Assembly: GCA_030647205.1 (NCBI GenBank) | Contig: JAUSJO010000005.1 | Location: 138,523 to 202,522 of the forward strand | Direction of reading: 5' to 3' | Length of the DNA stretch: 64,000 nt | DNA from: a bacterium | Lineage (GTDB): Bacteria > Patescibacteriota > CPR2 > UBA1875 > JAJYID01 | Shown: in pieces, positions 1 to 9,577 of the stretch | How positions within the stretch are numbered: position 1 is the first letter of the stretch | Layout: each line of letters starts with the position of its first letter | The notes under the pieces: model-generated | Told to the model about the DNA's origin: nothing | Database searches by the model: none | Seen by the model: the letters and a program-made list of their open reading frames with translations, nothing else | Made by a program: the position numbers and the translations under genes

Positions 1-2
1 AT

Positions 3-266
3 GAGGGAGTTATTTTCGATACAATATTTGTCGATTATTTTGCCCAGAAGTTCCGGTTGCAGTTTTTTACAAAAAACAGAAAAAAGACAGTACATTTTTT
101 TCGTGAGATCAACAGACAGCTTATACTTCACAACCCGGCGAGCAGAAGAAGGGCGGCGAGTGAGGTTGTGGAAGAGCTGGAGAGTTTGGCGCAAGTTTTT
201 CACGAGAAGATTATCACGAAAGAAGAGTATGATCTTAAGAAAAAAGATTTGATGGATAAGCTTTAA
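3..266 (+). CDS. C-terminal fragment of a protein ending in a SHOCT-like motif; the 5' end is cut by the window edge
   Basis: Frame 3 is open from the window edge to the stop at 264-266. The C-terminus ...KIITKEEYDLKKKDLMDKL resembles the SHOCT short C-terminal domain. The overlapping frame-1 ORF 1..252 is low complexity. Confidence 0.4.
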   Translation, partial: EGVIFDTIFVDYFAQKFRLQFFTKNRKKTVHFFREINRQLILHNPASRRRAASEVVEELESLAQVFHEKIITKEEYDLKKKDLMDKL

Positions 267-271
267 GGCCG

Positions 272-545
272 CTCTTGTCATCCTGAGGTACGAAGGATCT
301 CAATTCCGTCATTCTGGCCTGACCAGAATAGATCATTGTTATAAATTATCCACTTTTTTAGAAAAAGTGGAGTAAAAATCGCGACTTATGGCGGCGACAA
401 AGTGTCGGATTTCAGTTCTCTCAGGTTTGAAAAAATGAACTCGCTAGAACGCTCAGACAACATTATTTTCAAATCTTCGTTCGCTTTATCCTCCCTTTGA
501 AAAAATCACGCCGGGCTAAAACAGAAGGGAGTTTTCTGTTTGACT
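272..545 (+). repeat. Copy 1 of a mosaic intergenic repeat: GTCATYC hairpin modules, a CCACTTTTTTAGAAAAAGTGG hairpin, and a tail sharing AAAATCACGCCG with copy 4
   Basis: Direct comparison with 2037-2455, 10318-10625, 16890-17222 and 46013-46310. Contains gtcatcctgaggtacgaaggatct, gtcattctggcctgaccagaat and ccacttttttagaaaaagtggagtaaaaatcgcgactta. Confidence 0.8.
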
Positions 546-562
546 GTGTTTGTGGTAAAATT

Positions 563-2029
563 ATGGCTATGCAAGAATATGAAACAACTATAGGCCTTGA
601 GATACATGTTCAACTGAAAACTAAGTCAAAAATGTTTTGCGGGTCGGATAATATGTCGGTCGACGCTAAGCCGAACACAAATGTCTGTCCTGTCTGTATG
701 GGATTCCCAGGAACTTTGCCGGTACCAAATGCTCAGGCAATTGAGTGGACAATACTGCTAGGTTTGGCGCTTGGCGCTGAAATTCCTGAAGAGTTTAATT
801 TTGAACGCAAAAACTACTTCTATCCCGATCTTCCAAAGGCATACCAGATAAGTTCAGCAACAAATCCGCCGGTTATCGGTGGGAGTTTGAAGGTATTTGC
901 CGGAGGAAAAGAAAAAGAGGTTCATCTGCATCATATACATCTAGAGGAAGATGCGGGGAAACTCGTTCATGATAAGAGCGATAATGCGCTTGTTGACTTG
1001 AACCGTGCCGGAACTCCCTTGGTCGAAATAGTTACTGAGCCGGATATGGCATCAGCCGAAGAAGCGAAGGTGTTTGCCCAGAGCTTGCGATCGTTAATCC
1101 GTCATCTTGGAATTTCTGATGCTAACATGGAGCAGGGGAATATGCGTTTTGATATCAATGTTTCCATCAGAAAAAATGGAGCAAAGGATTTGGGTACGAA
1201 GGTTGAAGTAAAAAATCTGAATTCATTTAAGATGCTTGAACGGGCGATTATTTTCGAAGAGCAAAGGCAAAAAGATTTGCTAGAAGATGGAAAGAAAATA
1301 TCCCAGGAAACACGTGGTTGGGACGACTCAAAAGGGAAAACCCTACCGCAGAGGAGCAAAGAAGAGGCAAATGATTACAGATATTTTCCTGAACCTGACA
1401 TCTCGTCTATCAGCACGCGAGAAATTGTAGAAAAGGTGAAAGATCAGCTTCCCGAACTCCCACAGGAAAAGGCAAAAAGATTTGAAGAAGAATACGGATT
1501 TGACAAAAGATTAGCCGAGAGTTTGTCTGATGATGTGGAAATGGCGGAATATTTTGAGAAAACCTTGGAACATATTGAAGCCTCGGCAAAGGATGATTAC
1601 GACAAAAAGAAATATGCCAAAAGGGTCGCAAACTGGATGACAACTGAGCTAATCGGAAAAGTCAATGAAACGGGGACAGAATTTTCTGAAATTAAAGTCG
1701 AGCCTGAGAATATGGCCGAGCTTACGGTCGCGATTGAAAACGGAGTCATCAGCGGCAAACAGGCAAAAGATGTTTTTGCCGAAATGTTTGAAACAGGTAA
1801 AAGCGCACTCGGGATTATTGAAGAAAAAGGCATGAAACAAATTACAGATACCGGCGCAATTGAACAGATTATTCAAGAAGTCTTAGACGCAAATCTGAAA
1901 GTAGTAGAGGATTATAAAGCAGGAAAAGAAAAAGCATTTGGATTTCTCATTGGACAAGTAATGGCAAAAACAAAGGGCCAAGCCAATCCAAAAGCAGTGA
2001 ATGAAGTTTTGAGAGAAAAACTAAAATAA
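563..2029 (+). CDS. gatB: Asp-tRNA(Asn)/Glu-tRNA(Gln) amidotransferase subunit B
   Basis: N-terminus MAMQEYETTIGLEIHVQL, a GatB-wide domain layout, and a C-terminal GatB/YqeY-like helical domain. The ORF-track start at 497 lies inside repeat copy 1, so the first ATG after the repeat (563) is preferred. Confidence 0.9.
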   Translation: MAMQEYETTIGLEIHVQLKTKSKMFCGSDNMSVDAKPNTNVCPVCMGFPGTLPVPNAQAIEWTILLGLALGAEIPEEFNFERKNYFYPDLPKAYQISSATNPPVIGGSLKVFAGGKEKEVHLHHIHLEEDAGKLVHDKSDNALVDLNRAGTPLVEIVTEPDMASAEEAKVFAQSLRSLIRHLGISDANMEQGNMRFDINVSIRKNGAKDLGTKVEVKNLNSFKMLERAIIFEEQRQKDLLEDGKKISQETRGWDDSKGKTLPQRSKEEANDYRYFPEPDISSISTREIVEKVKDQLPELPQEKAKRFEEEYGFDKRLAESLSDDVEMAEYFEKTLEHIEASAKDDYDKKKYAKRVANWMTTELIGKVNETGTEFSEIKVEPENMAELTVAIENGVISGKQAKDVFAEMFETGKSALGIIEEKGMKQITDTGAIEQIIQEVLDANLKVVEDYKAGKEKAFGFLIGQVMAKTKGQANPKAVNEVLREKLK

Positions 2030-2036
2030 CGTAGCT

Positions 2037-2455
2037 GTCATTCTGAGTTGTCTAGAATATACCTTAATGTCATCCTCGAGTGGAACGAAGGATCTATTTC
2101 TTTGTCATTCTGGACTTACTGCCCGACCTGAACGGTCGTTCGGGCGGGGATCCGGAATCCAGACTAATTAAATTTTCTAAAGCAGTCATATTTTTTATTT
2201 ATCCACTTTTTTAGAAAAAGTGGAGTAAAAATCGCGACTTAGACGGCTTCTCAAAAGTATCGTTCAAACATAATCTCAAATTTGAAAAATGACAACAAGC
2301 CGATTCCGGAAGCCATATTTTCAAAAGTTCACTTATGTTCTCACTCTCTTTTCGAACCGATAGTCGCAAGAGATCGTTTGCTTCCAAGCTTTCTTTATTA
2401 AAACCATGCCAGGAAGAAAGCTAAAAGTGAAGTTCTCCGTGATGTCGGGAATATT
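2037..2455 (+). repeat. Copy 2 of the mosaic intergenic repeat; the longest copy, with hairpin modules, CCACTTTTTTAGAAAAAGTGG and the tttgaaaaatgacaacaagccgattccggaag module
   Basis: Near-identical blocks to 10420-10600 (ccacttttttagaaaaagt.gag.aaaaatcgcg.cttagacgg..tctcaaag... tttgaaaaatgacaacaagccgattccggaag.cat.ttttcaaaagttc). It also shares ttctccgtgatgtcggga with copy 4. Confidence 0.85.
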
Positions 2456-2647
2456 CATTTTGATTTAAAATTAGCTTTCATCAAAAATAACAACAATTCA
2501 TAAAAAAACTCCAAGCTTTTTGGAAGTCTGCCAGAGGTAATACTCTGGTCTTTGTTTTATTGTGGGTTCAAGCAGCAGGAACTTTGGGTGAGACATTTGA
2601 AAGGATTGAGGGGAAAAATTCCATCTTGAGAAAGGAGGTGAGTTGTT

Positions 2648-3292
2648 ATGACAGATGATAAAGAAAAAAAAGTAGATAGTATCTCCGGGAAGGACGGCAA
2701 AACTTTCTATAGGTCCGTGGCAACGGGAACGATGAGTATGGATCTATCGGAGAGAGAAGCTATCGACAGAGGTTGGGGCTGGGCAGTCACTATGGGTATT
2801 GTAATGATAGTCCTTGGCGCGTTGGCTGTAGTCTATCCGATTGTAACATCAGTAGGTGTGACATTTCTTCTGGGTGTAGTCCTTGTGGTGGCAGGTGTGG
2901 CGCAGTTAGTACAGGCCTTTAGCGTTCGTGGATGGAGCGGCTTTTTCTGGCACACCTTGGTAGCTATAACTTATGCCGTCATCGGAGTGCTACTACTCAC
3001 ATATCCTCTGGGCGGACTTGTGACGCTTACATTTCTACTGGCTCTTTACCTCCTGATTTCCGGTGTTTTCAAGGTAGTAATTTCGCTCTCGTCAAGAGAA
3101 GTATCGGGTTGGGGATGGATGCTGACAAGCGGAATATTGTCGGTGATACTTGGAGTGCTAGTCTGGGCAAGCTGGCCGGTTGGGTCGCTATGGTTTATCG
3201 GCCTTTTGGTCGGTATCGATCTGGTGCTTGTAGGATTTTCGCTTTCTGCGATGGCGCTATCGGCGCATTCTCGTGAACAGGAGGAGATGTAA
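2648..3292 (+). CDS. HdeD/DUF308-like multi-pass membrane protein
   Basis: 214 aa with repeated GWGW...LGxLxxxxP transmembrane segments typical of the DUF308/HdeD family. The N-terminus is Lys-rich with GKDGKTFYR. The RBS is gaaaggaggtgag. Confidence 0.5.
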   Translation: MTDDKEKKVDSISGKDGKTFYRSVATGTMSMDLSEREAIDRGWGWAVTMGIVMIVLGALAVVYPIVTSVGVTFLLGVVLVVAGVAQLVQAFSVRGWSGFFWHTLVAITYAVIGVLLLTYPLGGLVTLTFLLALYLLISGVFKVVISLSSREVSGWGWMLTSGILSVILGVLVWASWPVGSLWFIGLLVGIDLVLVGFSLSAMALSAHSREQEEM

Positions 3293-3357
3293 AAAAAGTT
3301 AATTCGTAGTTAGCCTCGATAAAGCTCGGGGCTACCGCGGAGGGTAGAGGTGGAGAC

Positions 3358-3771
3358 ATGGAAGATAAAATTAAACGGGGAAATAACAAAAAGAAAAAGG
3401 GCGATACCTTCTATGAGGCAATACCTGCGACTGCAGTTGCGCCTCAGGAAATCCATTTGCCAAAGATTGGTGTAAAGACTGCAGATTTTCTAGAGAGTGT
3501 TGTAATATTTTTTGCCGGGACAGTAGAAGTGCTTCTTACGATAAGGGTTTTACTGATGCTTTTTGGTATAAACGGCGGGAACCTTCTGACATATCTCTTG
3601 TATGCAGCAAGCTATCCGTTTGTTCTACTCCTGAATTCTGGTCAGAGCCAAATACCGGAAATGACCAATAAGGTTTTGTATGAAAACATAGCACTTTTGT
3701 TCATTTACTTCGTAGTTTTCTACGGTCTGATAAAAGTAATCAACGCTTTTAGGGAAAGAAATAATAATTAA
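3358..3771 (+). CDS. Small membrane protein, paralog A (137 aa), unknown family
   Basis: Paralogous to 3827-4240: same length, N-terminal KKKKGDTFYE versus DGDIFYR, shared FG(I/A)NGGN and SYP(F/L)V motifs. The RBS is gaggtggagac. Confidence 0.55.
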   Translation: MEDKIKRGNNKKKKGDTFYEAIPATAVAPQEIHLPKIGVKTADFLESVVIFFAGTVEVLLTIRVLLMLFGINGGNLLTYLLYAASYPFVLLLNSGQSQIPEMTNKVLYENIALLFIYFVVFYGLIKVINAFRERNNN

Positions 3772-3826
3772 TTAAAGAAACTGCGTAAAAACGTGGTTCG
3801 CCCATGAGGGCGAGAGGTAGGGAAAA

Positions 3827-4240
3827 ATGGAAAAGGAAACAAAAAAGAAAAAGAAGAAAGAAGAAGAGGTAGATGGCGATATTTTCTATAGGGCTCATCC
3901 TATAGCTCAGCCGATAGCAAGGGTAGAACATCGTGAATCCACGCTTTCTCTTACTGTTGAGAGGGTTTTGTGGTGGGTACTTGGGATTTCTGAAGTTATC
4001 TTGCTTTTTAGAATGGTGTTTGCAGCGGTTGGTGCAAACGGTGGAAATATCATTACGTCATTCTTTTATGCAGTAAGCTATCCGCTGGTCTGGTTTTTCT
4101 TCTATCTTTTCAATACTTTGGGAAGAATACAGGTTTCGTCGCCGACATTTGAGATAGAAACGCTTGCAGCAATGGCATTCTACTACATTGTAGTCTACAT
4201 AGTTGTCGAGCTGATCAAAGGTTTTCGTAGTACAGACTAA
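3827..4240 (+). CDS. Small membrane protein, paralog B (137 aa), unknown family
   Basis: Tandem paralog of 3358-3771. The RBS is gaggtagggaaaa. Confidence 0.55.
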   Translation: MEKETKKKKKKEEEVDGDIFYRAHPIAQPIARVEHRESTLSLTVERVLWWVLGISEVILLFRMVFAAVGANGGNIITSFFYAVSYPLVWFFFYLFNTLGRIQVSSPTFEIETLAAMAFYYIVVYIVVELIKGFRSTD

Positions 4241-4278
4241 CTGTTTTTGTTATAATAATCCCGAAAGGGAGATTGTTT

Positions 4279-4887
4279 ATGGCGGACAAAAACAGTGATA
4301 TTTGGGCTGAAATAAACTCAGATTTAAAAGAGAAGACAGAGAGCGGCTATAAAATGGCTCTACTTGATAGCGACAAGCTTTTGCGCAATGTTTTGAAGGA
4401 AAAAGGCTATCCGGGGAAGGACCTCAAAAAACAGCTTTTTTGGGCAGGGATTAACTTAAGCGGTAGAGCTGATCTTAAAGATGCCATAAAGAAAAAAGAC
4501 GAAGTTTTAAATACTCAAGATTACAGGCTTTCTACATTTGAAATAGAAGATTTTTTAGCTGCTTACAAAAAAGCGATTGAATGGGTTTTGAGCGCCCAGA
4601 AACTTGGTTTTAAGCGCAAAATTGGACTATATTTTGAAAACTGTTTCTTTCTTAAAAATACATCTCTCACTAAGCTGATAGCTGCCATTTTGGTAGTATT
4701 TTTCGGTATTAAACTACTTTCCTCAACCGATACTGGGAAGAGTATAGTCACAAAGGTTGTAGACGTGGATAATTTGCTTTTTGACTGGCTAAAAGTTCTG
4801 ATTTTAATCGGACTAAGTGTGGCCGTAGTTGTGTTTATAAGTTTTCTTTATTTGGATAAGAAGAAAAAAATTAAGATTAAAGAATAA
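4279..4887 (+). CDS. Hypothetical protein with a C-terminal transmembrane anchor
   Basis: ORF with RBS aagggag placed 7 nt before the ATG at 4279. The ORF-track start at 4273 is a TTG two codons earlier. Soluble N-terminal domain and two C-terminal hydrophobic helices. Confidence 0.5.
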   Translation: MADKNSDIWAEINSDLKEKTESGYKMALLDSDKLLRNVLKEKGYPGKDLKKQLFWAGINLSGRADLKDAIKKKDEVLNTQDYRLSTFEIEDFLAAYKKAIEWVLSAQKLGFKRKIGLYFENCFFLKNTSLTKLIAAILVVFFGIKLLSSTDTGKSIVTKVVDVDNLLFDWLKVLILIGLSVAVVVFISFLYLDKKKKIKIKE

Positions 4888-4992
4888 TAATCGGCTTTCA
4901 AAGTCGATTTTACAATGCTAGAATAGTGACAAATAGTAGGAGGGGTTTGGCAACCCATTGTTTTGATTACTTAAAAAACGGAGTCTTAGACA

Positions 4993-7900
4993 TTGAGTAA
5001 AAAGTTTGTTCACTTACATGTTCATACGCAATATTCTCTTCTTGATGGGATGTGCAAGGTTCCTCAGCTTTTGGATAGGGCAAAAGAGTATGGGATGCCG
5101 GCTTGCGCGATTACCGATCATGGAGTGATGTATGGCATTGTTGACTTTTATAAGGAAGCGAAGGCAAGGGATATAAAGCCTTTGATCGGGTGCGAGGTAT
5201 ACGTAGCGCCGAGGAAGCTGACGGATAAAAGCGAAAAGGCAGACGGCAGGCCAAACCATCTCATCCTGATTGCCAAAAACAAAACCGGCTATCAAAACTT
5301 GATGAAGCTATCTACGATTGCTCATCTTGACGGATACTACTATAAACCGAGAATTGATAAGGAAATTTTGGCGAAATATGCGGAAGGTTTAATCGCATCA
5401 TCAGCTTGCTTTAAGGGTGAAATTGCCTCAAAACTCAGAGATGGCAATGAAAAGGGGGCGGAAGAAGCTTTGAAATTTTATAAAGGTCTCTTTGGCGATG
5501 ATTTCTACTTGGAGCTCCAATATTTGCCAGGATTCAAAGAACAAGAAGAGATGAACGAGCTCATAAAGGCATTTGCAAAAAAGCACAAGATGCCGATGGT
5601 GGTGACTAATGATGTCCACTATGTAGATAAAGAGGATCGTGAGGCGCATGATGCTCTTTTGTGCTTGCAAACAGGAAAGCTTGTGTCTGATGAGGATAGG
5701 ATGAAGATGAACTGCGACATATCGTTTACTTCCCCAGAGGAAATAATGGAAGCTTTTAAAGATGTACCTGAGGCGATAGAAAACACAGTAAAAATTGCCG
5801 AGAAATGTAACGTGGAGCTAGAGCTTGGCAAAATATTGATCCCGAACTTCGATGTGCCAGATGGAGAGACGGTGCAAAGTTATATGAGCAAGCTGGTTGA
5901 AGAAGGATTGAAGAAAAAATACGGGAAAATAACACCCGAGATACGCGAAAGAGTGGAATATGAAATGGGTGTTATAGAGAAAATGGGCTATGAATCATAC
6001 TTCCTGATTGTCTGGGATTTTGTGAACTGGGCGAAAGATCAGGGAATCATTGTCGGACCCGGTAGAGGTTCGGCGGCGGGATCAGTAGTATCGTATGCCC
6101 TAAATATTACAGAGCTTGAACCGATGCAGTTTGATCTTCTTTTTGAGCGTTTCCTAAATCCGGATCGTATCTCCATGCCTGATATAGATATGGACTTTGC
6201 TGATGACAGGCGTCATGAAGTGATTGAGTATGTAGCAGAGAAATATGGCAAAGATCATGTGGCGCAGATCATTACTTTTGGTACAATGGCAGCACGTAAT
6301 GCCATTCGTGATACCGGTAGGGTCTTGGGGATGACATATGGCGAAGTTGATAAAATAGCCAAAATGATACCCCAGTTTTCCGGTCTATCTGATGCTGTCC
6401 GGGACGTCCCGGAGTTAAGGGCGCTTTATAGCTCAGATGAAAAAGTAAAAAAACTGATCGATATCGCAAAGAGGCTTGAGGGAGTGTCGAGACATTCTTC
6501 TACTCATGCTGCAGGTGTGGTGATTTCAAAAGAGCCCCTCGTAAACTATACACCGCTCCAAAAAGCGACAAAGGGTGATATCGCAACGAACACGCAGTAT
6601 TCTATGTTTCCGCTTGAAGATCTCGGCATCCTGAAAATGGATTTCTTGGGACTTTCAAACCTTACTGTTTTAAAGAATGCTTTGAGGATTATTAAAAAAG
6701 TTTATGAAAAAGACATTAAGATAGAAGACATTAAACTGGATGACAAAAAAACTTTTGCGCTTTTAAAAAGGGCCGAAACAACAGGAGTGTTCCAGCTTGA
6801 GTCTGCCGGCATGAAAAGATATATCCGGGCGCTGAAACCGACTGTTTTTGAAGATATTGTGGCTATGGTGGCGCTATATAGACCCGGTCCTATGCAGTTT
6901 ATCGACGACTTTATTGCCCGAAAAGCCGGTAAGAAAAAGGTGACTTATACGCATCCTCTTATGGAAAATGCTCTCAAGAATACTTACGGCGTTATAGTTT
7001 ACCAGGAGCAAGTCATGCAGATTTCAAAGGAAATGGCAGGTTTTACGGGCGGTGAAGCTGATACTCTTCGTAAGGCAATGGGTAAAAAGATTGCCAAAAT
7101 GATGAAGAAAATGCGTGCGAAATTCATCGATGGCGCTGTTGAAAATGGGGTAAAGAAGGAAACGGCAGAAAAAGTCTTTGACGATTTTGAAAAGTTTGCG
7201 CAGTACGGTTTCGTGAAGGCTCATGCTGCCTGTTATGCGCTAATTGCATACTGGACGGCATATCTGAAAGCACACTATCCGGATGCCTTTATGGCGGCTC
7301 TCATGACAAGCGACTACTCAAATATGGACCGGATTGCGATAGAAATAGACGAGTGTAGAAAAATGGGTATCGAGGTTTTGCCACCGAGTGTAAATGAGTC
7401 CTATCAGGAGTTCGCAATAGTTAAGCAAACAGGCAATATCAGATTTGGACTACTTGCCGTGAAAAATGTTGGAACGGGTATCATCGAAGCGCTTGTAAAA
7501 GCGAGAAAAGAAGGCGGAGAGTTTAAGTCGGTAGAGGATTTTTGTAAAAGGGTAGATGCCCGTGAAATTAACAAAAAAGTGATGGAAGCTTTCATTAAAT
7601 CAGGTGCAATGGATGACTTTGGCGACCGCTCAACGTTGCTATTTAATCTAGAAAAAATTCTCGAGTTTGCCCAAAAAACGCAAAGAGATACGCTCAGCGG
7701 ACAAATAGATCTTTTTGGCGGACAGGGGATAGAAATGCCGGGGCTGAAGCTGGCAAAACCTGTTTTTGATGCTACATCAAAGGAAAAACTTGCATGGGAG
7801 AGAGAACTGCTCGGCATTTATATTTCTGAGCATCCGCTTGACGGCTATCAAGAGTATGTAGAAAAAGAAGGGCTTACTCAGCTTGCTCTTCTAGGCGAGA

Positions 7901-8409
7901 GCCAATCCTCACAAGAAGTTAGAGTAGCTTGTGTCGTTTCTACTATTCACAAAATCCTGACGAGGAAAAAGGAAAATATGATTTTTGTAAAAGTTGAGGA
8001 CAAAAGCGGAAGCGGCGAACTGGTAGTGTTCCCGAAAATCCTTGCTTCCTACAGCAGATTTTTTGAGGAAGGCAAACTCATACTAGTTAATGGTAAAGTT
8101 AATATGAAAGACGCTGACCCAAAGATACTTGTAGATAGTGTGAAGGATTTAGGGGAAATCGAAGATTTAAATATGGAAGAAGGCGGGGAAATAATCCGAT
8201 TTAGAGATAACTGTCTTGAAATATACGTGCCGAAATATACTGAAACGCAGAAGCTAGCAAAGTTAAAAAAGTCTCTGGCTGATGCGCCGGGGGAGAATGA
8301 TGTCATCATTCATCTTGAACTTAACGAGGTGAGCAAGAAAGTAAAAATGCCTCTAGGGGTAGATTTCTCTGAGGATTTGAAAAATGACATTGTATCCATT
8401 CTCGGCTAG
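4993..8409 (+). CDS. dnaE: DNA polymerase III alpha subunit
   Basis: 1138 aa. PHP domain N-terminus FVHLHVHTQYSLLDG, polymerase core, and a C-terminal OB fold. Apparent TTG start. Confidence 0.95.
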   Translation: MSKKFVHLHVHTQYSLLDGMCKVPQLLDRAKEYGMPACAITDHGVMYGIVDFYKEAKARDIKPLIGCEVYVAPRKLTDKSEKADGRPNHLILIAKNKTGYQNLMKLSTIAHLDGYYYKPRIDKEILAKYAEGLIASSACFKGEIASKLRDGNEKGAEEALKFYKGLFGDDFYLELQYLPGFKEQEEMNELIKAFAKKHKMPMVVTNDVHYVDKEDREAHDALLCLQTGKLVSDEDRMKMNCDISFTSPEEIMEAFKDVPEAIENTVKIAEKCNVELELGKILIPNFDVPDGETVQSYMSKLVEEGLKKKYGKITPEIRERVEYEMGVIEKMGYESYFLIVWDFVNWAKDQGIIVGPGRGSAAGSVVSYALNITELEPMQFDLLFERFLNPDRISMPDIDMDFADDRRHEVIEYVAEKYGKDHVAQIITFGTMAARNAIRDTGRVLGMTYGEVDKIAKMIPQFSGLSDAVRDVPELRALYSSDEKVKKLIDIAKRLEGVSRHSSTHAAGVVISKEPLVNYTPLQKATKGDIATNTQYSMFPLEDLGILKMDFLGLSNLTVLKNALRIIKKVYEKDIKIEDIKLDDKKTFALLKRAETTGVFQLESAGMKRYIRALKPTVFEDIVAMVALYRPGPMQFIDDFIARKAGKKKVTYTHPLMENALKNTYGVIVYQEQVMQISKEMAGFTGGEADTLRKAMGKKIAKMMKKMRAKFIDGAVENGVKKETAEKVFDDFEKFAQYGFVKAHAACYALIAYWTAYLKAHYPDAFMAALMTSDYSNMDRIAIEIDECRKMGIEVLPPSVNESYQEFAIVKQTGNIRFGLLAVKNVGTGIIEALVKARKEGGEFKSVEDFCKRVDAREINKKVMEAFIKSGAMDDFGDRSTLLFNLEKILEFAQKTQRDTLSGQIDLFGGQGIEMPGLKLAKPVFDATSKEKLAWERELLGIYISEHPLDGYQEYVEKEGLTQLALLGESQSSQEVRVACVVSTIHKILTRKKENMIFVKVEDKSGSGELVVFPKILASYSRFFEEGKLILVNGKVNMKDADPKILVDSVKDLGEIEDLNMEEGGEIIRFRDNCLEIYVPKYTETQKLAKLKKSLADAPGENDVIIHLELNEVSKKVKMPLGVDFSEDLKNDIVSILG

Positions 8410-8520
8410 CTTCTGATAAAGTTGCGATTATTTGATTTTTATGTTATGATTTAAACTTCAATTAAAGAACCTTGATAGATAAATTTTTTGACTAAAACCC
8501 AATTTGGAGGCTGAAATGCC

Positions 8521-8799
8521 ATGCAAATCGAGGTCTTGTATTACATAGATGAAAACGGTGATAAGAGGCTCAAAAGTGAGACTCTGAATGAATATGGTGA
8601 TATAGACGGGGCTGTAAAGTCTGTGGAAGATCGGATTTCTATGGGGCGTAAAATAGAGATTTTGGCAACGATAGTACATAATTCCAAGAAACATGAAAGT
8701 ATCTCTGACATTATAAAGAGGCTTTATGGCAACAACAAGCGTGCGCAAAAAAAAGCGCCGAGAATAGTGGAAGGGAGAAGCAAGGCTTACCGACACTAA
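8521..8799 (+). CDS. Small hypothetical protein (92 aa)
   Basis: RBS ggagg 10 nt upstream. Protein-like composition, whereas the overlapping minus-strand ORF 8458-8832 looks like junk. Confidence 0.4.
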   Translation: MQIEVLYYIDENGDKRLKSETLNEYGDIDGAVKSVEDRISMGRKIEILATIVHNSKKHESISDIIKRLYGNNKRAQKKAPRIVEGRSKAYRH

Positions 8800-8888
8800 A
8801 AACCTCGACAAAAGCAAGGAGGAGATTGGCAAAAGCTAGGTGTTTTGGGGAATGGGGGTTCCCGAGCTGGATGGATTCATGAGACATT

Positions 8889-9347
8889 ATGCCGGTTTCG
8901 AACAACAAGATTGGGGAAAACATGAGCAGGAAGATTAGCTTAGGGGATGGGAGATATAAAGTTTCCCATCGAGGCCTCGATTGTTCTGAAGCTCCCTCTC
9001 TGGATTCGATCAATGAGGACCTTCTGACGGCCGATGATGTAGTTCTTGGCTGTAATCTTTGTCATGAGCTTGGGCTGGCATTAAGAGCCCGACTTGCCAA
9101 AGAAAAAGGTATTCTCAAAAAGGTCTCTAGACTTGTTAGGGAACAAAGAAACATCTCTGACGACGAACTTTGTTGGTTCGTCGAGTGTACTGACGCTCAG
9201 ATTGAGTGCCAGGGATGTGGGCACAGCGCAGAGGCAATCACAGAAAGGATAGATGATATAGCAGATAATCGTGTAGTATATCCATCCTTTCGTCCGCCGG
9301 TTGTGGTGGGTGATGTTGGTTCCAGTTTCTGGAGCCCGGGGTCATAA
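8889..9347 (+). CDS. Cys-rich hypothetical protein (152 aa), GC-rich orphan
   Basis: CNLCHE, CWFVEC and CQGCGH motifs. Local GC is clearly above the neighbouring genes. Followed by the strong hairpin at 9393-9420. Confidence 0.45.
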   Translation: MPVSNNKIGENMSRKISLGDGRYKVSHRGLDCSEAPSLDSINEDLLTADDVVLGCNLCHELGLALRARLAKEKGILKKVSRLVREQRNISDDELCWFVECTDAQIECQGCGHSAEAITERIDDIADNRVVYPSFRPPVVVGDVGSSFWSPGS

Positions 9348-9392
9348 AGAGGAGTTAACTTCCTTGGGGGACGTTGAAGGTCAAAAGATTAA

Positions 9393-9420
9393 GTGGCTCG
9401 GGCAAGTCTGCCCGAGCCAC
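9393..9420 (+). terminator. GC-rich stem-loop downstream of the 8889 ORF (no clear U tract)
   Basis: gtggctcgggca agtc tgcccgagccac, a perfect 12-bp stem. Confidence 0.4.
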
Positions 9421-9505
9421 CTCAAAGCGGGATAAATATCTAAGATTACAGTTATAACATTTGAGAATTTTTATCTCGCTTTATTTATTTGTAATTAGAA
9501 TTCAA

Positions 9506-9534
9506 TTGACATTTATGAGATAATTTACTACAAT
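9506..9534 (+). promoter_or_regulatory. Consensus sigma70-type promoter for rplS
   Basis: ttgaca, 17 nt, tacaat. Confidence 0.55.
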
Positions 9535-9577
9535 CATAGAGTCGCTTTCGCGATTTTTTAAAATAATTAAACACATT

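Noticed and set aside
1-252. Frame-1 ORF at the window start
   Set aside because: It overlaps the frame-3 reading frame that ends in a SHOCT-like motif. Its translation is Arg/Lys-rich junk.
1102-1876. Four minus-strand ORFs (75-85 aa) inside gatB, and similar antisense ORFs inside dnaE, PBP, recG, rpoB, rpoC, fusA, tuf
   Set aside because: They lie entirely within strongly supported genes on the opposite strand, have low-complexity or Ser/Leu-rich translations, and lack an RBS. They are typical antisense frame artefacts.
2166-2647. Short ORFs within repeat copy 2 and the spacer before the HdeD-like gene
   Set aside because: They are repeat-derived, have no RBS, and the same sequence is non-coding in the other copies.
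8458-8832. Minus-strand 124-aa ORF overlapping the 8521-8799 plus-strand ORF
   Set aside because: The translation is hydrophobic and low complexity and it has no RBS. The plus-strand ORF has a GGAGG RBS and protein-like composition.
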